The position numbers were made by a program, and so were the translations under genes. Of a stretch of 64,000 nt of DNA, positions 27,829-37,767 are shown piece after piece (position 1 is the first letter of the stretch; the number at the start of each line of letters is the position of its first letter). Under the pieces are notes generated by a model. The model saw only the letters and a list, made by a program, of their open reading frames with translations. It was not told where the DNA came from and made no database searches. Location of the stretch: assembly GCA_017461745.1 (NCBI GenBank), contig JAFTXE010000109.1, forward strand, positions 30,822-94,821, read 5' to 3'. The DNA is from Clostridia bacterium. Its GTDB lineage: Bacteria; Bacillota; Clostridia; Oscillospirales; CAG-272.

Positions 27829-30800
27829 GTGTCTGAATTTGTACATTTACATTTGCATAGCGAATATAGTTTGCTTGACGGCGCTTGCCGCATTTCCGAG
27901 ATTCCCAAAAGAGCCAAGGAATGCGGTCATACGGCGGTAGCCTTGACCGACCACGGTGTAATGTATGGGGCTGTGTCCTTTTATAGCGCGTGTATTGCAG
28001 AAGGAATAAAGCCAATCATCGGTTGTGAGGTTTACGTTGCTTCAGGCTCTCGCTTTGATAAGACCGTATACGCCGACGGTAAGGGAAAATATAATCACCT
28101 CGTTCTGCTTTGTAAGAATGACGTAGGCTACAGAAATCTGATTTATATGGTATCCAAGTCATTTACCGAGGGCTTTTATTCAAAGCCGAGAATAGACATG
28201 GAGCTTTTACGAGCGCATTCTGAAGGGCTCATCGCTCTTTCTGCGTGCCTTGCAGGTAAAATACCGACTTTGCTTTCTGCGGGCGAGTATACAGCGGCTG
28301 TAGAGTACGCCAAAACGATGTCGGAGATTTTCGGTAAGGATAATTTTTATATAGAGCTTCAGAACCACGGAATGACAGAGCAGATACAGATATTACCTCA
28401 GCTCGTCAAGCTTGCCGAGGAATGCTCGCTTCCACTTGTGGCAACTAACGACTGTCACTATCTGCGCCGAGAAAATGCGCAAACACAGGCTGTGCTCATG
28501 TGTATTCAAACCAATACTGTAATTACGGACGGTAGACCCGTAGGCTTTGAAACAGATGAATTTTATTATAAAAATACCGCGGAAATGAAGATGCTTTTCG
28601 GAAAGTATCAAGGCGCTATTGAAAATACTGTCAAGATCGCGGATATGTGTAGCTTTGAGTTTTCCTTCGACGATCCCAAGCTCCCTACTTTTAAAACTCC
28701 CGATAGCATGAATTCCACGGAATATCTAAGAAAGCTTACTTTTGAAGGTCTTGAAAGACGTCTGTCCGACGGTTCGCTCAAATTTGAGCCTCAGGGACGT
28801 CAAGTCTATCTTGATAGAATAGAGTATGAATTGTCCGTAATATCGAGCATGGGATATGACGACTATTTTCTGATAGTTCAGGATTATGTCAATTTTGCGA
28901 AATCCCGCGATATCCCCGTAGGACCCGGGCGTGGCTCAGGTGCGGGAAGTCTCGTTGCGTTTCTCGTTGGAATTACCGACGTTGATTCAATAAAATTTGA
29001 TTTACTCTTCGAGCGATTTTTAAATCCCGAAAGAGTAAGTATGCCCGATATTGATATCGATTTCTGCTATAATCGCCGTGACGAAGTAATTCAGTACATG
29101 TATGACAAATACGGAGATGATCACGTTTCGCAAATAATTGCCTTCGGTACTCTTGCCGCACGAGCAGCTATAAGAGACGTTGGCAGAGCTCTCGGAATGT
29201 CATATGCAGAGGTTGACCCGATAGCGCGTGCTGTCCCACATGAATTGGGAATGACCTTGAAGGATGCGCTGGCACTCCCCGATTTGAAGACTCAGTACAA
29301 TAGTTCCGAGTCTGTTAAGCGCCTTGTCGATATGGCTATGGAGATTGAAGGAATGCCACGAAATATCACAGTTCATGCGGCAGGCATAGTTGTGACGGAC
29401 AGACCTGTTGCAAAGTACGTGCCATTGGCAGTGAGTAACAGCGCTATAGTTACTCAGTTTGACATGGATACCATAGCTAAGCTTGGACTTCTTAAATTTG
29501 ACTTCCTTGCTCTTCGTTACCTTACCATAATGAAGGATGCTTGCAATTACGTTTGCGAACGTATCCCGGATTTTGATATAAGTGCAGTTCCTTTTGATGA
29601 TAAAAAGACGTATGAGCTTATTTCCTCGGGAGCAACACTCGGTGTATTTCAGCTTGAGTCGGCAGGAATGCGACAAATGCTATCCGAGCTTCGCCCAGAT
29701 AGTCTTGACGATATTATTGCGGCAATCGCATTGTATCGCCCGGGTCCTATGGACTATATACCTCAGTACATTGAGGCGCGACATAATCCGCAAAAGATTA
29801 GCTTCGCCCATCCTCTGCTTGAGCCGATACTTCGCTCTACCTATGGCTGTATCGTGTATCAGGAGCAGGTAATGAGTATTTTCAGAGAAATGGCCGGATA
29901 TACCTACGGTCACGCCGATATTGTAAGACGCGCAATGTCAAAAAAGAAGGCGGATGTGCTTAACGCTGAGAGAGAAAGCTTTCTTCTCGGTACAAAACAA
30001 AAGGGAATATCCGAGGACGTGGCGGGAAAGCTGTTTGACGATATATCATCCTTTGCCAATTACGCCTTCAATAAAAGTCATGCGGCGGCATATGCTGTAA
30101 TATCGTATAGAACGGCTTATCTTAAGGCACATTATCCGTGCGAATATATGGCGGCTCTTATGACGTCTGTGCTTGGCAATCTTACGAAGCTTGCTGAGTA
30201 TATCGGCGAATGTGCAAAATTCGGAATTAAGGTTCTTCCTCCCGATATAAATGAGAGTAGAATGTATTTTCACCCCAAGGGAAACGATATCGTTTTCGGA
30301 CTTTTGGCACTCAAAAACGTCGGTAAGCAATTCGTGGAGAATATAATAAGAGAACGTGAGCACGGAAGCTTTTCGGATTTTGAGGATTTCGTCCAGAGAA
30401 TGACGGAATATGATATTAATAAGCGAATGGTCGAGGGAATTATAAAAGCTGGCGCATTTGATAATCTTGGCGTTTATAGAAGCCGTCTTCTTTCGTCTTA
30501 TGAACGACTTATCGATATAAGAGCAGAAAAGAATAAAAGTAACGTGTCGGGACAGCTTGATATGTTTTCATCTGCCTTTGGCGGTAGTGAAGTAGCTTCA
30601 AGCTCGCTGAAATTTGAATATCCCAACGTCCCTGATTTTTCTCTTAAGGAAAAGCTTATGCTTGAAAAGGAAAGCTCGGGAATGTATTTTTCGGGACATC
30701 TTATTGATAGCTATTCTGAGCAGGTAAATAGCTTGGATGTAAGGGGAATTTCCGAGGTGCTTGATAGCGATTCGGTAAAAGAAAAGCAATTGGTAAAGAT

Positions 30801-31347
30801 ATGCGGCATCGTGTCCTCAGTAACGGTAAAAATGACTCGCAAGAACGAGAAAATGGCGTTTATTACTGTTGAAGACCGCTATGGAGAGATAGAGTGTCTG
30901 ATATTTCCTAAAATATATTCGGCAAATTATCATTTGATACGCATAGATGCTCCGCTGTATATTGAGGGAAGCATAACCTTGCGTGAGGACGAAGACCCCA
31001 AGATACTTGTCAACGTGCTTGACGAGCTTGTGGATAACGCGGCATACGAAAAAATAAAGAAGAGAAATATCTCTCCTGCCCAAACTCAAACTACCGCGCC
31101 TAAAGCTCAACCCGTTAATACTTCAAAGCAAATAACAAAAATATATTTAAGAGTTCGAAACTTTGAATGTATCGAATATCTCAAAGCCAAAAATATCGTT
31201 GATATTTTTGAGGGAAGTACGAAAATTATATTTTATAATAGCGAGAACGCACAATATTCAAGCTATAATAGGGGCATAACCGCTACGGCATATATCATCG
31301 CCGAGCTGCGCTCAATTCTCGGCGACGAAAACGTAGTGCCGAAATAA
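27829..31347 (+). CDS. dnaE: DNA polymerase III alpha subunit DnaE
   Basis: 1172 aa with a GTG start. PHP domain VHLHLHSEYSLLDG. Polymerase core motifs include GPGRGSGAGSLVA and PDIDIDF. A C-terminal OB-fold region is present. Confidence 0.95.
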   Translation: MSEFVHLHLHSEYSLLDGACRISEIPKRAKECGHTAVALTDHGVMYGAVSFYSACIAEGIKPIIGCEVYVASGSRFDKTVYADGKGKYNHLVLLCKNDVGYRNLIYMVSKSFTEGFYSKPRIDMELLRAHSEGLIALSACLAGKIPTLLSAGEYTAAVEYAKTMSEIFGKDNFYIELQNHGMTEQIQILPQLVKLAEECSLPLVATNDCHYLRRENAQTQAVLMCIQTNTVITDGRPVGFETDEFYYKNTAEMKMLFGKYQGAIENTVKIADMCSFEFSFDDPKLPTFKTPDSMNSTEYLRKLTFEGLERRLSDGSLKFEPQGRQVYLDRIEYELSVISSMGYDDYFLIVQDYVNFAKSRDIPVGPGRGSGAGSLVAFLVGITDVDSIKFDLLFERFLNPERVSMPDIDIDFCYNRRDEVIQYMYDKYGDDHVSQIIAFGTLAARAAIRDVGRALGMSYAEVDPIARAVPHELGMTLKDALALPDLKTQYNSSESVKRLVDMAMEIEGMPRNITVHAAGIVVTDRPVAKYVPLAVSNSAIVTQFDMDTIAKLGLLKFDFLALRYLTIMKDACNYVCERIPDFDISAVPFDDKKTYELISSGATLGVFQLESAGMRQMLSELRPDSLDDIIAAIALYRPGPMDYIPQYIEARHNPQKISFAHPLLEPILRSTYGCIVYQEQVMSIFREMAGYTYGHADIVRRAMSKKKADVLNAERESFLLGTKQKGISEDVAGKLFDDISSFANYAFNKSHAAAYAVISYRTAYLKAHYPCEYMAALMTSVLGNLTKLAEYIGECAKFGIKVLPPDINESRMYFHPKGNDIVFGLLALKNVGKQFVENIIREREHGSFSDFEDFVQRMTEYDINKRMVEGIIKAGAFDNLGVYRSRLLSSYERLIDIRAEKNKSNVSGQLDMFSSAFGGSEVASSSLKFEYPNVPDFSLKEKLMLEKESSGMYFSGHLIDSYSEQVNSLDVRGISEVLDSDSVKEKQLVKICGIVSSVTVKMTRKNEKMAFITVEDRYGEIECLIFPKIYSANYHLIRIDAPLYIEGSITLREDEDPKILVNVLDELVDNAAYEKIKKRNISPAQTQTTAPKAQPVNTSKQITKIYLRVRNFECIEYLKAKNIVDIFEGSTKIIFYNSENAQYSSYNRGITATAYIIAELRSILGDENVVPK

Positions 31348-31776
31348 TCAACTGCTATAATCCTCAATTATAGAGTTTAACGCGCCTTTTCCAATAATCT
31401 CAATACCCTCTCCAAGCAGACGTTTGTCTGCTTCGGGGAGGGTTTTTACGTATACCTCGATTACTTGAATAAGAACTCCGTCAGTAGAAAAAACTCCTAT
31501 TTTGCCCATGTATTCCTTAACGGTAAATACCTCGGCTTCAGCCGATACCGATGTATCTACGTCAATTTCAGAAGAATCCGCATGAACGTAAACGTATTCC
31601 TTTTCTAAAAGTGTCTCCGTAACCTCAGAGTGCGAATATAATATTGATTTTTCCAACGGATTAAATACGGTTACGGAAAAAATCAGTATGATAAGCATAA
31701 TAATAGCGTAAATAGCCATAAGTCTTAGTAACCGTATTTTATAATTCTTGTCAACACAACGCTTATTCGCTTTCAT
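31348..31776 (-). CDS. Membrane-anchored BofC-C-terminal-domain-like protein (possible sporulation checkpoint factor)
   Basis: 142 aa with a GGAGG RBS and one N-terminal TM helix. The C-terminal pattern GKIGVFSTDGVLIQVIEVYVKTLPEADKRLLGEGIEI...LNSIIEDYSS resembles the BofC C-terminal domain as I remember it. This is similarity by eye only. Confidence 0.4.
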   Translation of the reverse strand: MKANKRCVDKNYKIRLLRLMAIYAIIMLIILIFSVTVFNPLEKSILYSHSEVTETLLEKEYVYVHADSSEIDVDTSVSAEAEVFTVKEYMGKIGVFSTDGVLIQVIEVYVKTLPEADKRLLGEGIEIIGKGALNSIIEDYSS

Positions 31777-31886
31777 AAGTAATCCTCCGAAAACACCTGA
31801 TTTTAAGCTTATTATTTACTTTTCTTTGATAAAATATTCCGTTTTGTGCAATAATAAGCAAGGATAAATTTGATGGGAGATGTACT

Positions 31887-34358
31887 ATGCTTAAAAGAAT
31901 AGCATTAAAGACCTTTAAGATATTTTTGATTTTGGGAATAGTGGTGGTGTTAACTTGTATCGTTGTAGGAATAGCCTTGGCAATTTACGTTGACAGATAC
32001 GTTGAAAAAAGTATAGATGAGGAGCTGTTTTACGTAGTAGGATCGGATTTCGAAACCAAGGTGTATTATTATGAATACGAGGACAGAACCAACAGAACGG
32101 GTGAAGCGGTAGAGCTTACCGAGGAGGAAATATACGGCGGTTATCGTTGTAAATACGTAAGCTATGAGCAAATACCCGAAAATCTTAAAAATGCCTTTAT
32201 CAGCATAGAGGATAAGCGGTTTGAAACGCATAATGGAGTTGATTGGTACAGAACCATATCCGCTGGAATAAATTATTATCTTAAATTCAGTGATAGCTTC
32301 GGCGGCTCAACGATTACCCAACAGCTTATCAAAAACGTAACCGACGAGGACGATTATTCATTTCAGCGAAAAATACAGGAGATATTCTGGGCGCTTGATC
32401 TTGAAACCAAAATGGATAAGAAGGAGATACTTTGCTTATACCTTAATATCATTAATCTCTCTCAAGGCTGCTATGGAGTGGGCGCCGCTTCGGAATACTA
32501 TTTTTCCAAAAACGTATCGGAGCTTACTCTGTCCGAATGCGCTTGCATTGCGGCTATAACCAACAGCCCCACTTATTATGATCCCCTCAGAAACCCGGAT
32601 AATAATAACAGAAGACGTTTGCTTATTCTAAGACAAATGTACGAGCTTGAATATATTTCCGAGGAGGAATATACGGAGGCATGTGAGGACGAGATAATTC
32701 TAAATATAAGCGATGGAGAGCAGGGAGACGGTATAAATTCCTGGTATGTAGATATGGTTGTTGAGGACGTTATGAATGACCTCATGTCCGAATACGGATA
32801 CAGCAGAAGTATGGCAAGCCTTATAGTTTATACGGGCGGTCTTAAAATATATACCGTCATGGACAGAGAGATACAGTCAAAGCTTGAAGAATATTACGAG
32901 AACACCAAAAACTTCTACCAATACGAACAAGGCGAAGTTCCTCAATCGTCAATGATAATAATTGATAATTATACGGGTGATATACTCGGTGTAGCGGGAG
33001 CGGTCGGAGAAAAGAACGCCAACAGAATACAGAATTATGCTACCTATACCGTGCGTCCCGCTGGCTCGGTTATAAAGCCGCTGTCAACCTATGCTCCCGC
33101 TCTTGAGGCGGGAATAATAAACTGGTCGAGTGTTTATGACGACACTCCCGTGAATTTTGGAAATTATAATTTAGATAAAAATAAAGGAAAAATAGTAGAG
33201 CCTGTGGCATGGCCCAAGAACGCAAACGGCATATATAGAGGCTTGACTAATATTAATTACGCTATAGAGCATTCCGTTAATACAGTTACCGTTAAGGTTC
33301 TTGAAGATCTTGGACTTGAGGAGTCCTTTGACTTTTTGTATAATAAGCTCAAAATGAAAAGCCTGATAGCGAGCAGAACGCTTGAGGATGGGAGCGTTAT
33401 AACGGATAAGGATTACGCCGCATTGGCACTCGGACAATTCAATTACGGCGTTACTGTCAGAGAAATAACAGCGGCATATTCAATATTTGCAAACGACGGT
33501 ATATATAATGAATATCGCTCATATTATAAGGTTACTGACTCGAATGGAGAAGTCATACTTGACGATAAATATCATGGAGAGGTCGTAATAAGCGAGGAAA
33601 ATGCAGATATTATGACTCTGATGCTTCAAAACGTTGTTAAGAACGGAACTGCCGAGGAAATAGCTCTGCAAAAATCAGTACAGTGCGCGGGGAAAACGGG
33701 AACAACACAAAATAAATACGATACTTGGTATATCGGTTATACTCCGTATTTTATAGGAGGCGTATGGTTTGGATACGAATATCCCAAGGCACTTACTGAC
33801 TTTCAGGGAAATAAATGTATAGAAATATGGGACGAGGTTATGACCTTGTTGCATGAAAAATATATAAAAAACGGTGAGGTGGCAGAATTTGAGATAAGTG
33901 ATAATATAGTGGAGTGCGAATATTGCGTTGATTCAGGAAAGCTTATAACAAACGCATGTCTGCTTGATGCGCGAGGTAGCAGAACGGAGAAGGGGTATTT
34001 TGTAAAAGGGACAGAGCCTGCTGTACCTTGTGACAGACACGTAGCGGTAAACTATGATATCGTATCGGGCGGAGTAATTATAGGAAGCTGTCCCATGGAA
34101 AACGTTACCAAGGTTGGACTTATATACGTGGAACGAAGCTTTCCCGTGCAGATATACGTGACCGACGCGCAGTATACGTGGAGAGAGCTTAGCAAGGAAA
34201 TTTTACCAGAAACGTCTGCATCTTTGCCGTTTTATAATAATCTTTTTCCTAAAGACACGTATAGCGGTATAAGCCGTGCGGACACTCAATTCAACAGAGC
34301 GTGCAGAACGCATTTCAATTACTTTGAATGGAAAGAAAAACAGGAAAGCGACGAATAG
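31887..34358 (+). CDS. Class A penicillin-binding protein (glycosyltransferase + transpeptidase), PBP1A family
   Basis: 823 aa with an N-terminal TM anchor. GT51 motifs EDKRFETHNGVD and GGSTITQQL are present. Transpeptidase motifs are SVIKP (SxxK) and KTGTT. Confidence 0.9.
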   Translation: MLKRIALKTFKIFLILGIVVVLTCIVVGIALAIYVDRYVEKSIDEELFYVVGSDFETKVYYYEYEDRTNRTGEAVELTEEEIYGGYRCKYVSYEQIPENLKNAFISIEDKRFETHNGVDWYRTISAGINYYLKFSDSFGGSTITQQLIKNVTDEDDYSFQRKIQEIFWALDLETKMDKKEILCLYLNIINLSQGCYGVGAASEYYFSKNVSELTLSECACIAAITNSPTYYDPLRNPDNNNRRRLLILRQMYELEYISEEEYTEACEDEIILNISDGEQGDGINSWYVDMVVEDVMNDLMSEYGYSRSMASLIVYTGGLKIYTVMDREIQSKLEEYYENTKNFYQYEQGEVPQSSMIIIDNYTGDILGVAGAVGEKNANRIQNYATYTVRPAGSVIKPLSTYAPALEAGIINWSSVYDDTPVNFGNYNLDKNKGKIVEPVAWPKNANGIYRGLTNINYAIEHSVNTVTVKVLEDLGLEESFDFLYNKLKMKSLIASRTLEDGSVITDKDYAALALGQFNYGVTVREITAAYSIFANDGIYNEYRSYYKVTDSNGEVILDDKYHGEVVISEENADIMTLMLQNVVKNGTAEEIALQKSVQCAGKTGTTQNKYDTWYIGYTPYFIGGVWFGYEYPKALTDFQGNKCIEIWDEVMTLLHEKYIKNGEVAEFEISDNIVECEYCVDSGKLITNACLLDARGSRTEKGYFVKGTEPAVPCDRHVAVNYDIVSGGVIIGSCPMENVTKVGLIYVERSFPVQIYVTDAQYTWRELSKEILPETSASLPFYNNLFPKDTYSGISRADTQFNRACRTHFNYFEWKEKQESDE

Positions 34359-34369
34359 AATAAGTTAAA

Positions 34370-34409
34370 GAAGGCTAATGAGAAGTCTGATTATTTCTCG
34401 TTAGCCTTC
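34370..34409. terminator. Bidirectional hairpin between the convergent PBP and sigG genes
   Basis: gaaggctaatgagaa / ttctcgttagccttc gives a 15-bp stem with one G-U pair. Confidence 0.6.
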
Positions 34410-34414
34410 GAATT

Positions 34415-35188
34415 TTATATTTGCTTTCTCATATGCTCCAACGCGCCTTTTTCAAGTCTTGACACCTGTGCCTGTGAAATTCCTATTTCCTCAGCTATCT
34501 CCATTTGCGTTTTGTTTTTGTAGTACCGAAGATTTATTATAGTCCTTTCTCGTTCGTTAAGTCCGTTCATAGCTTGCTTCAGCGCAATATTTTCAAGCCA
34601 TATCTCGTCCGAGCTGTTTGTGTCACTTATCTGGTCCATAACGTATATTGAATCTCCACCCTCGTTGTAAACGGGCTCGTAAAGGGAAATCGGCTCAATA
34701 ATTGCTTCCATTGCTCTTACTATTGACTCCTTGCTTTCCCCAAGATGCTTCGCAATATCGTCCACAGTAGGCTCACATTCCTTGGTGCGTATCAACTCTT
34801 CCTTGGCTTGTAGTGCTCGGTAGGCAAGGTCTCGGACGGAGCGACTTATTCTTATTGAATTGTTATCACGTAAATATCTTCTTATCTCTCCGATTATCAT
34901 AGGGACTGCATAAGTGGAAAATTTAACATCGAGGTCTATATTAAAATTGTCTACTGCCTTTACAAGACCTATACAGCCTACTTGAAATAAATCGTCTAAG
35001 TTTTCGCGTCTGCCCGTAAAGCGCTGAACTACACTGAGAACAAGGCGTAGATTTCCGTTTATCAGCTCACGTCTTGCTTGTTCGTCTCCTTGCTTTGTCT
35101 TTTCAAGCAGCTCTCTTTTTTCTTCATCGTTAAGAACCTTTAATTCCGATGTGTTGACACCGCATATTTCAACCTTGTTATAGTACAT
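34415..35188 (-). CDS. sigG: Forespore sporulation sigma factor sigma-G
   Basis: 257 aa. It is near-colinear with B. subtilis SigG as I recall it (NKVEICGVNTSELKVL, NGNLRLVLSVVQRF, DDLFQVGCIGL, KFSTYAVPMIIGEIRRYLRDNN). Confidence 0.85.
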   Translation of the reverse strand: MYYNKVEICGVNTSELKVLNDEEKRELLEKTKQGDEQARRELINGNLRLVLSVVQRFTGRRENLDDLFQVGCIGLVKAVDNFNIDLDVKFSTYAVPMIIGEIRRYLRDNNSIRISRSVRDLAYRALQAKEELIRTKECEPTVDDIAKHLGESKESIVRAMEAIIEPISLYEPVYNEGGDSIYVMDQISDTNSSDEIWLENIALKQAMNGLNERERTIINLRYYKNKTQMEIAEEIGISQAQVSRLEKGALEHMRKQI

Positions 35189-35240
35189 TAAAAAATACTC
35201 CCGAAATATCTTGCGTTTGTACGCTTATATCGGGAGTATT
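35189..35240 (-). terminator. Intrinsic terminator of the ABC operon whose 3' arm contains the sigG Shine-Dalgarno sequence
   Basis: The minus-strand RNA is AAUACUCCCGAUAU-(17-nt loop with an inner 4-bp stem)-AUAUUUCGGGAGUAUU-UUUUA-AUG. It forms 10 bp plus 4 bp with a 2-nt bulge. GGGAG lies 9 nt before the sigG AUG. Confidence 0.65.
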
Positions 35241-35258
35241 GGCTTTTTCATTGTTCAA

Positions 35259-35867
35259 TTATTCAAAAGAAGTGCTTCCACTTTTTACCTCAGTAAGACT
35301 ACTGACGGGAGAACGCTCCATTTTGAGAATTTTATCGCAGAGAGCTAATTCTCCGTAATCGTGCGATACTAAAATTGCCGTTCTTCCTTTGATAAATTCC
35401 ATTACAGCATCAACTGTAAACTGCTTAGTTTCTTCGTCCAATCCCTTAAAAGGCTCGTCTAAAAGTAGTAGCGGAGCGTCATAGGAAAGCGCTCTCGCAA
35501 TAGATACGCGTTGCTTCATTCCACCCGATAGCTCATGCGGAAATTTGTTAGCGGCATTTGGTAAAAGCTTGTTCAGATAATATTCTGCCTTTTTTATGTC
35601 ATGACAAACGCATTCAACGTTTTCGAGAGCGGTCATCCAAGGAAATAGCCTTGCGTCCTGAAAAATATATCCGAGCTTTTGAAAGTCGGAGCTTATAGCG
35701 CCGTGACTTGTTGGCACAAGACCTGCAATAGCGCCCAATAGAGTTGTTTTTCCTATTCCCGACGCTCCCGTAAGACCGTAAAAAATCCCTTGCTCAAAGG
35801 TAAAACTTAGATCATCAATAATAACTTGATTTTGAAATTTTACTGAAAGCTTATCAATTTTTATCAT
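35259..35867 (-). CDS. ABC transporter ATP-binding protein (NitT/TauT-type)
   Basis: 202 aa counted from the internal ATG (MIKIDKLSV). Walker A GASGIGKTT, signature LSGGMKQR and Walker B LLLLDEP are present. It overlaps the permease stop by 14 nt. Confidence 0.85.
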   Translation of the reverse strand: MIKIDKLSVKFQNQVIIDDLSFTFEQGIFYGLTGASGIGKTTLLGAIAGLVPTSHGAISSDFQKLGYIFQDARLFPWMTALENVECVCHDIKKAEYYLNKLLPNAANKFPHELSGGMKQRVSIARALSYDAPLLLLDEPFKGLDEETKQFTVDAVMEFIKGRTAILVSHDYGELALCDKILKMERSPVSSLTEVKSGSTSFE

Positions 35868-36645
35868 TATTGACTCCTCTCGGTATAATATGAAGCTTAT
35901 CTCCAACTTTTTCAAGAACAAACACAAACAGCTTTTCGATTATAACGCTCAAAATAATGACTACTGCCGTCCACGCAAACAGAGAAGGTGTCTCAAGATA
36001 AGTTTTTGCAAAATAAAGCTCCGTACCAATTGCGTTATTGGGCGTAGACAGAACCTCTGCTGAAATTCCCGCTTTCCAAGCCATTCCGAGTGAAGATCTG
36101 CAAGCCGCCATAAAAAACGGAGCGACAGAAGGAACATAGAGCTTGGTCAGCTTACTTTTTGCTGAGAATTTGTATATCTTAGCCACCTCGACAAGATTAT
36201 GGTCAACCGAACGAATACCTTCCGAGACGTTTGACCAAACTATTGGAACTACTATCAACGCTGTAATAAATAATGGCAAGGTATCTCTATTAAGCCAGAG
36301 AAGCGCAAGAATTATAAACGACGCCACGGGAGTTGCCTTTATAACGTTAAGCATGGGAGATAAAAGCGAGTTTAGAATTCGTGATTTTTCCGTGATTACA
36401 GCAAGAGCTGCACCAAGCAAAAGTGAGACGAGTATTCCAAGTATAACTCTCACAAGCGAATACAGAGAGGTAAGCCAAAATTCCGAGGTAATCGCAAGTG
36501 TGCCTAACGCCTTTAACACCGATAGCGGCGAGGGGAAGAGAAGCTCGCTATTAACGCGAAAGGAAACTAAAGCCCATATCGCCAACCAAAACGCTATTAT
36601 TCCTAAGACCTTAAATAGAGATAGAAGAAGCCGTTTGATTTTCAT
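35854..36645 (-). CDS. ABC transporter permease (NitT/TauT-type)
   Basis: 263 aa with about 6 TM segments and an EAA-like loop region (NLVEVAKIYKFSAKSKLTKLYVPSVAP). Confidence 0.8.
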   Translation of the reverse strand: MKIKRLLLSLFKVLGIIAFWLAIWALVSFRVNSELLFPSPLSVLKALGTLAITSEFWLTSLYSLVRVILGILVSLLLGAALAVITEKSRILNSLLSPMLNVIKATPVASFIILALLWLNRDTLPLFITALIVVPIVWSNVSEGIRSVDHNLVEVAKIYKFSAKSKLTKLYVPSVAPFFMAACRSSLGMAWKAGISAEVLSTPNNAIGTELYFAKTYLETPSLFAWTAVVIILSVIIEKLFVFVLEKVGDKLHIIPRGVNNDKN

Positions 36646-36673
36646 GCTCAGTTTCCTTTCTTTTGATATTTAT

Positions 36674-37717
36674 TTACTTTGCGACGTAATAGAAATCGTC
36701 AGAGGGGAGTGCGCCTCCGATAGAGGTCTTGTCATAGTTGAATATTTTCTCGCAGAAGGTATTCATAACAGACTTCATATCCTCGCCTGCAATAAAGCAG
36801 ATGTTGCAGTTAGGAAGAGCTTTTTTAGCCATTGCTGCCTTGGGAAGAATTCCTGCGTTTACTATCATGTTGATAGCATCGTCACTGCCCGTCTTGATAA
36901 ATTCAACGGATGCCTTGTAGTCCTCAAGGAACTTTGCAATCTCTGCGGGATGTTCCTTTGCGAATGCGGTATTAACAACGAGACAGCCCTGAACGAGTGT
37001 ATTCTCTCCGTTGAGCTTTTCCCATTCCTCAGTCATGTTGATAGCAACCTTTACGTTTTCGTTTGAAAGTGTAGTTGCGGTAACCTTAGGCTCGGGTAAT
37101 ACTGCAAGAGAAATCTGATTTGCTGCGATTGCGGTCTGAAGCGCATCGGGGCTTGGATAAGTCTTAGCGTCTATAGTTACGTCCTCACCGACCTTAAGTC
37201 CTGCGCCCTCAAGAAGAGCTGCTGTGATATACTCGGGGTTAGCGCCCGCACCTGGAACGTAAACAGTCTTACCCTCGAGGTCATCGAGAGAGGTAATATT
37301 TTCACCGTTCTGGAGAAGATAAAGAACTCCAAGAGTGTTGAGTGCAAGAAGCTGGAGCTTACCCTCGGATTTGTTGAAAAGCTTAACCGCAACGTTAGTG
37401 GGAAGAGCCGCAATAGCGCACTCACCGCTGATGATAGCACCCGTGATAGCGTCTGCGGAGGTATGAAGAGAAATATTATAATTCATTTCCGCTTTATCAT
37501 TTTTTACATTGTCGATCATCTGTGCCATACCGAGAGCGGTAGTACCGTTGAGAGCGTATATTTTCATTTCAAGCTCGGAATCGGGCTTTGCGTCTGTCTG
37601 TTCTGCATCTGTATCGGTGTCGGTTACGGTTTCCTTGCTGTCGGAGCAAGCCACAAAAGAGAAGAGCATAAGAAGCGCTATCATAAGCGCCAAAATTTTA
37701 GTTAGTGTTTTTTTCAT
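36674..37717 (-). CDS. ABC transporter substrate-binding lipoprotein (NMT1/THI5-like fold)
   Basis: 347 aa with a lipoprotein signal ending LFSFVAC. It lies in an operon with the permease and ATPase. The substrate is not determinable. Confidence 0.7.
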   Translation of the reverse strand: MKKTLTKILALMIALLMLFSFVACSDSKETVTDTDTDAEQTDAKPDSELEMKIYALNGTTALGMAQMIDNVKNDKAEMNYNISLHTSADAITGAIISGECAIAALPTNVAVKLFNKSEGKLQLLALNTLGVLYLLQNGENITSLDDLEGKTVYVPGAGANPEYITAALLEGAGLKVGEDVTIDAKTYPSPDALQTAIAANQISLAVLPEPKVTATTLSNENVKVAINMTEEWEKLNGENTLVQGCLVVNTAFAKEHPAEIAKFLEDYKASVEFIKTGSDDAINMIVNAGILPKAAMAKKALPNCNICFIAGEDMKSVMNTFCEKIFNYDKTSIGGALPSDDFYYVAK

Positions 37718-37767
37718 GATTTTTTCCTTTCTTTAAGTTATAAAAACTGTATATAAAAATCTCCTTA

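Noticed and set aside
20948-31347. Two DNA polymerase III alpha-type genes within 10 kb, which might suggest a duplication or mobile replication module.
   Set aside because: PolC and DnaE are distinct families and both are standard, essential components of Firmicute chromosomes. There are no flanking repeats, integrase or plasmid/phage genes. Only their proximity is slightly unusual, and that is noted under the intervening gene.
36143-37066. A 307-aa + strand ORF overlapping the ABC permease and substrate-binding protein genes.
   Set aside because: It is antisense to two genes with clear family signatures. Over the binding-protein part it is the codon-aligned shadow frame. It has no RBS or motifs.
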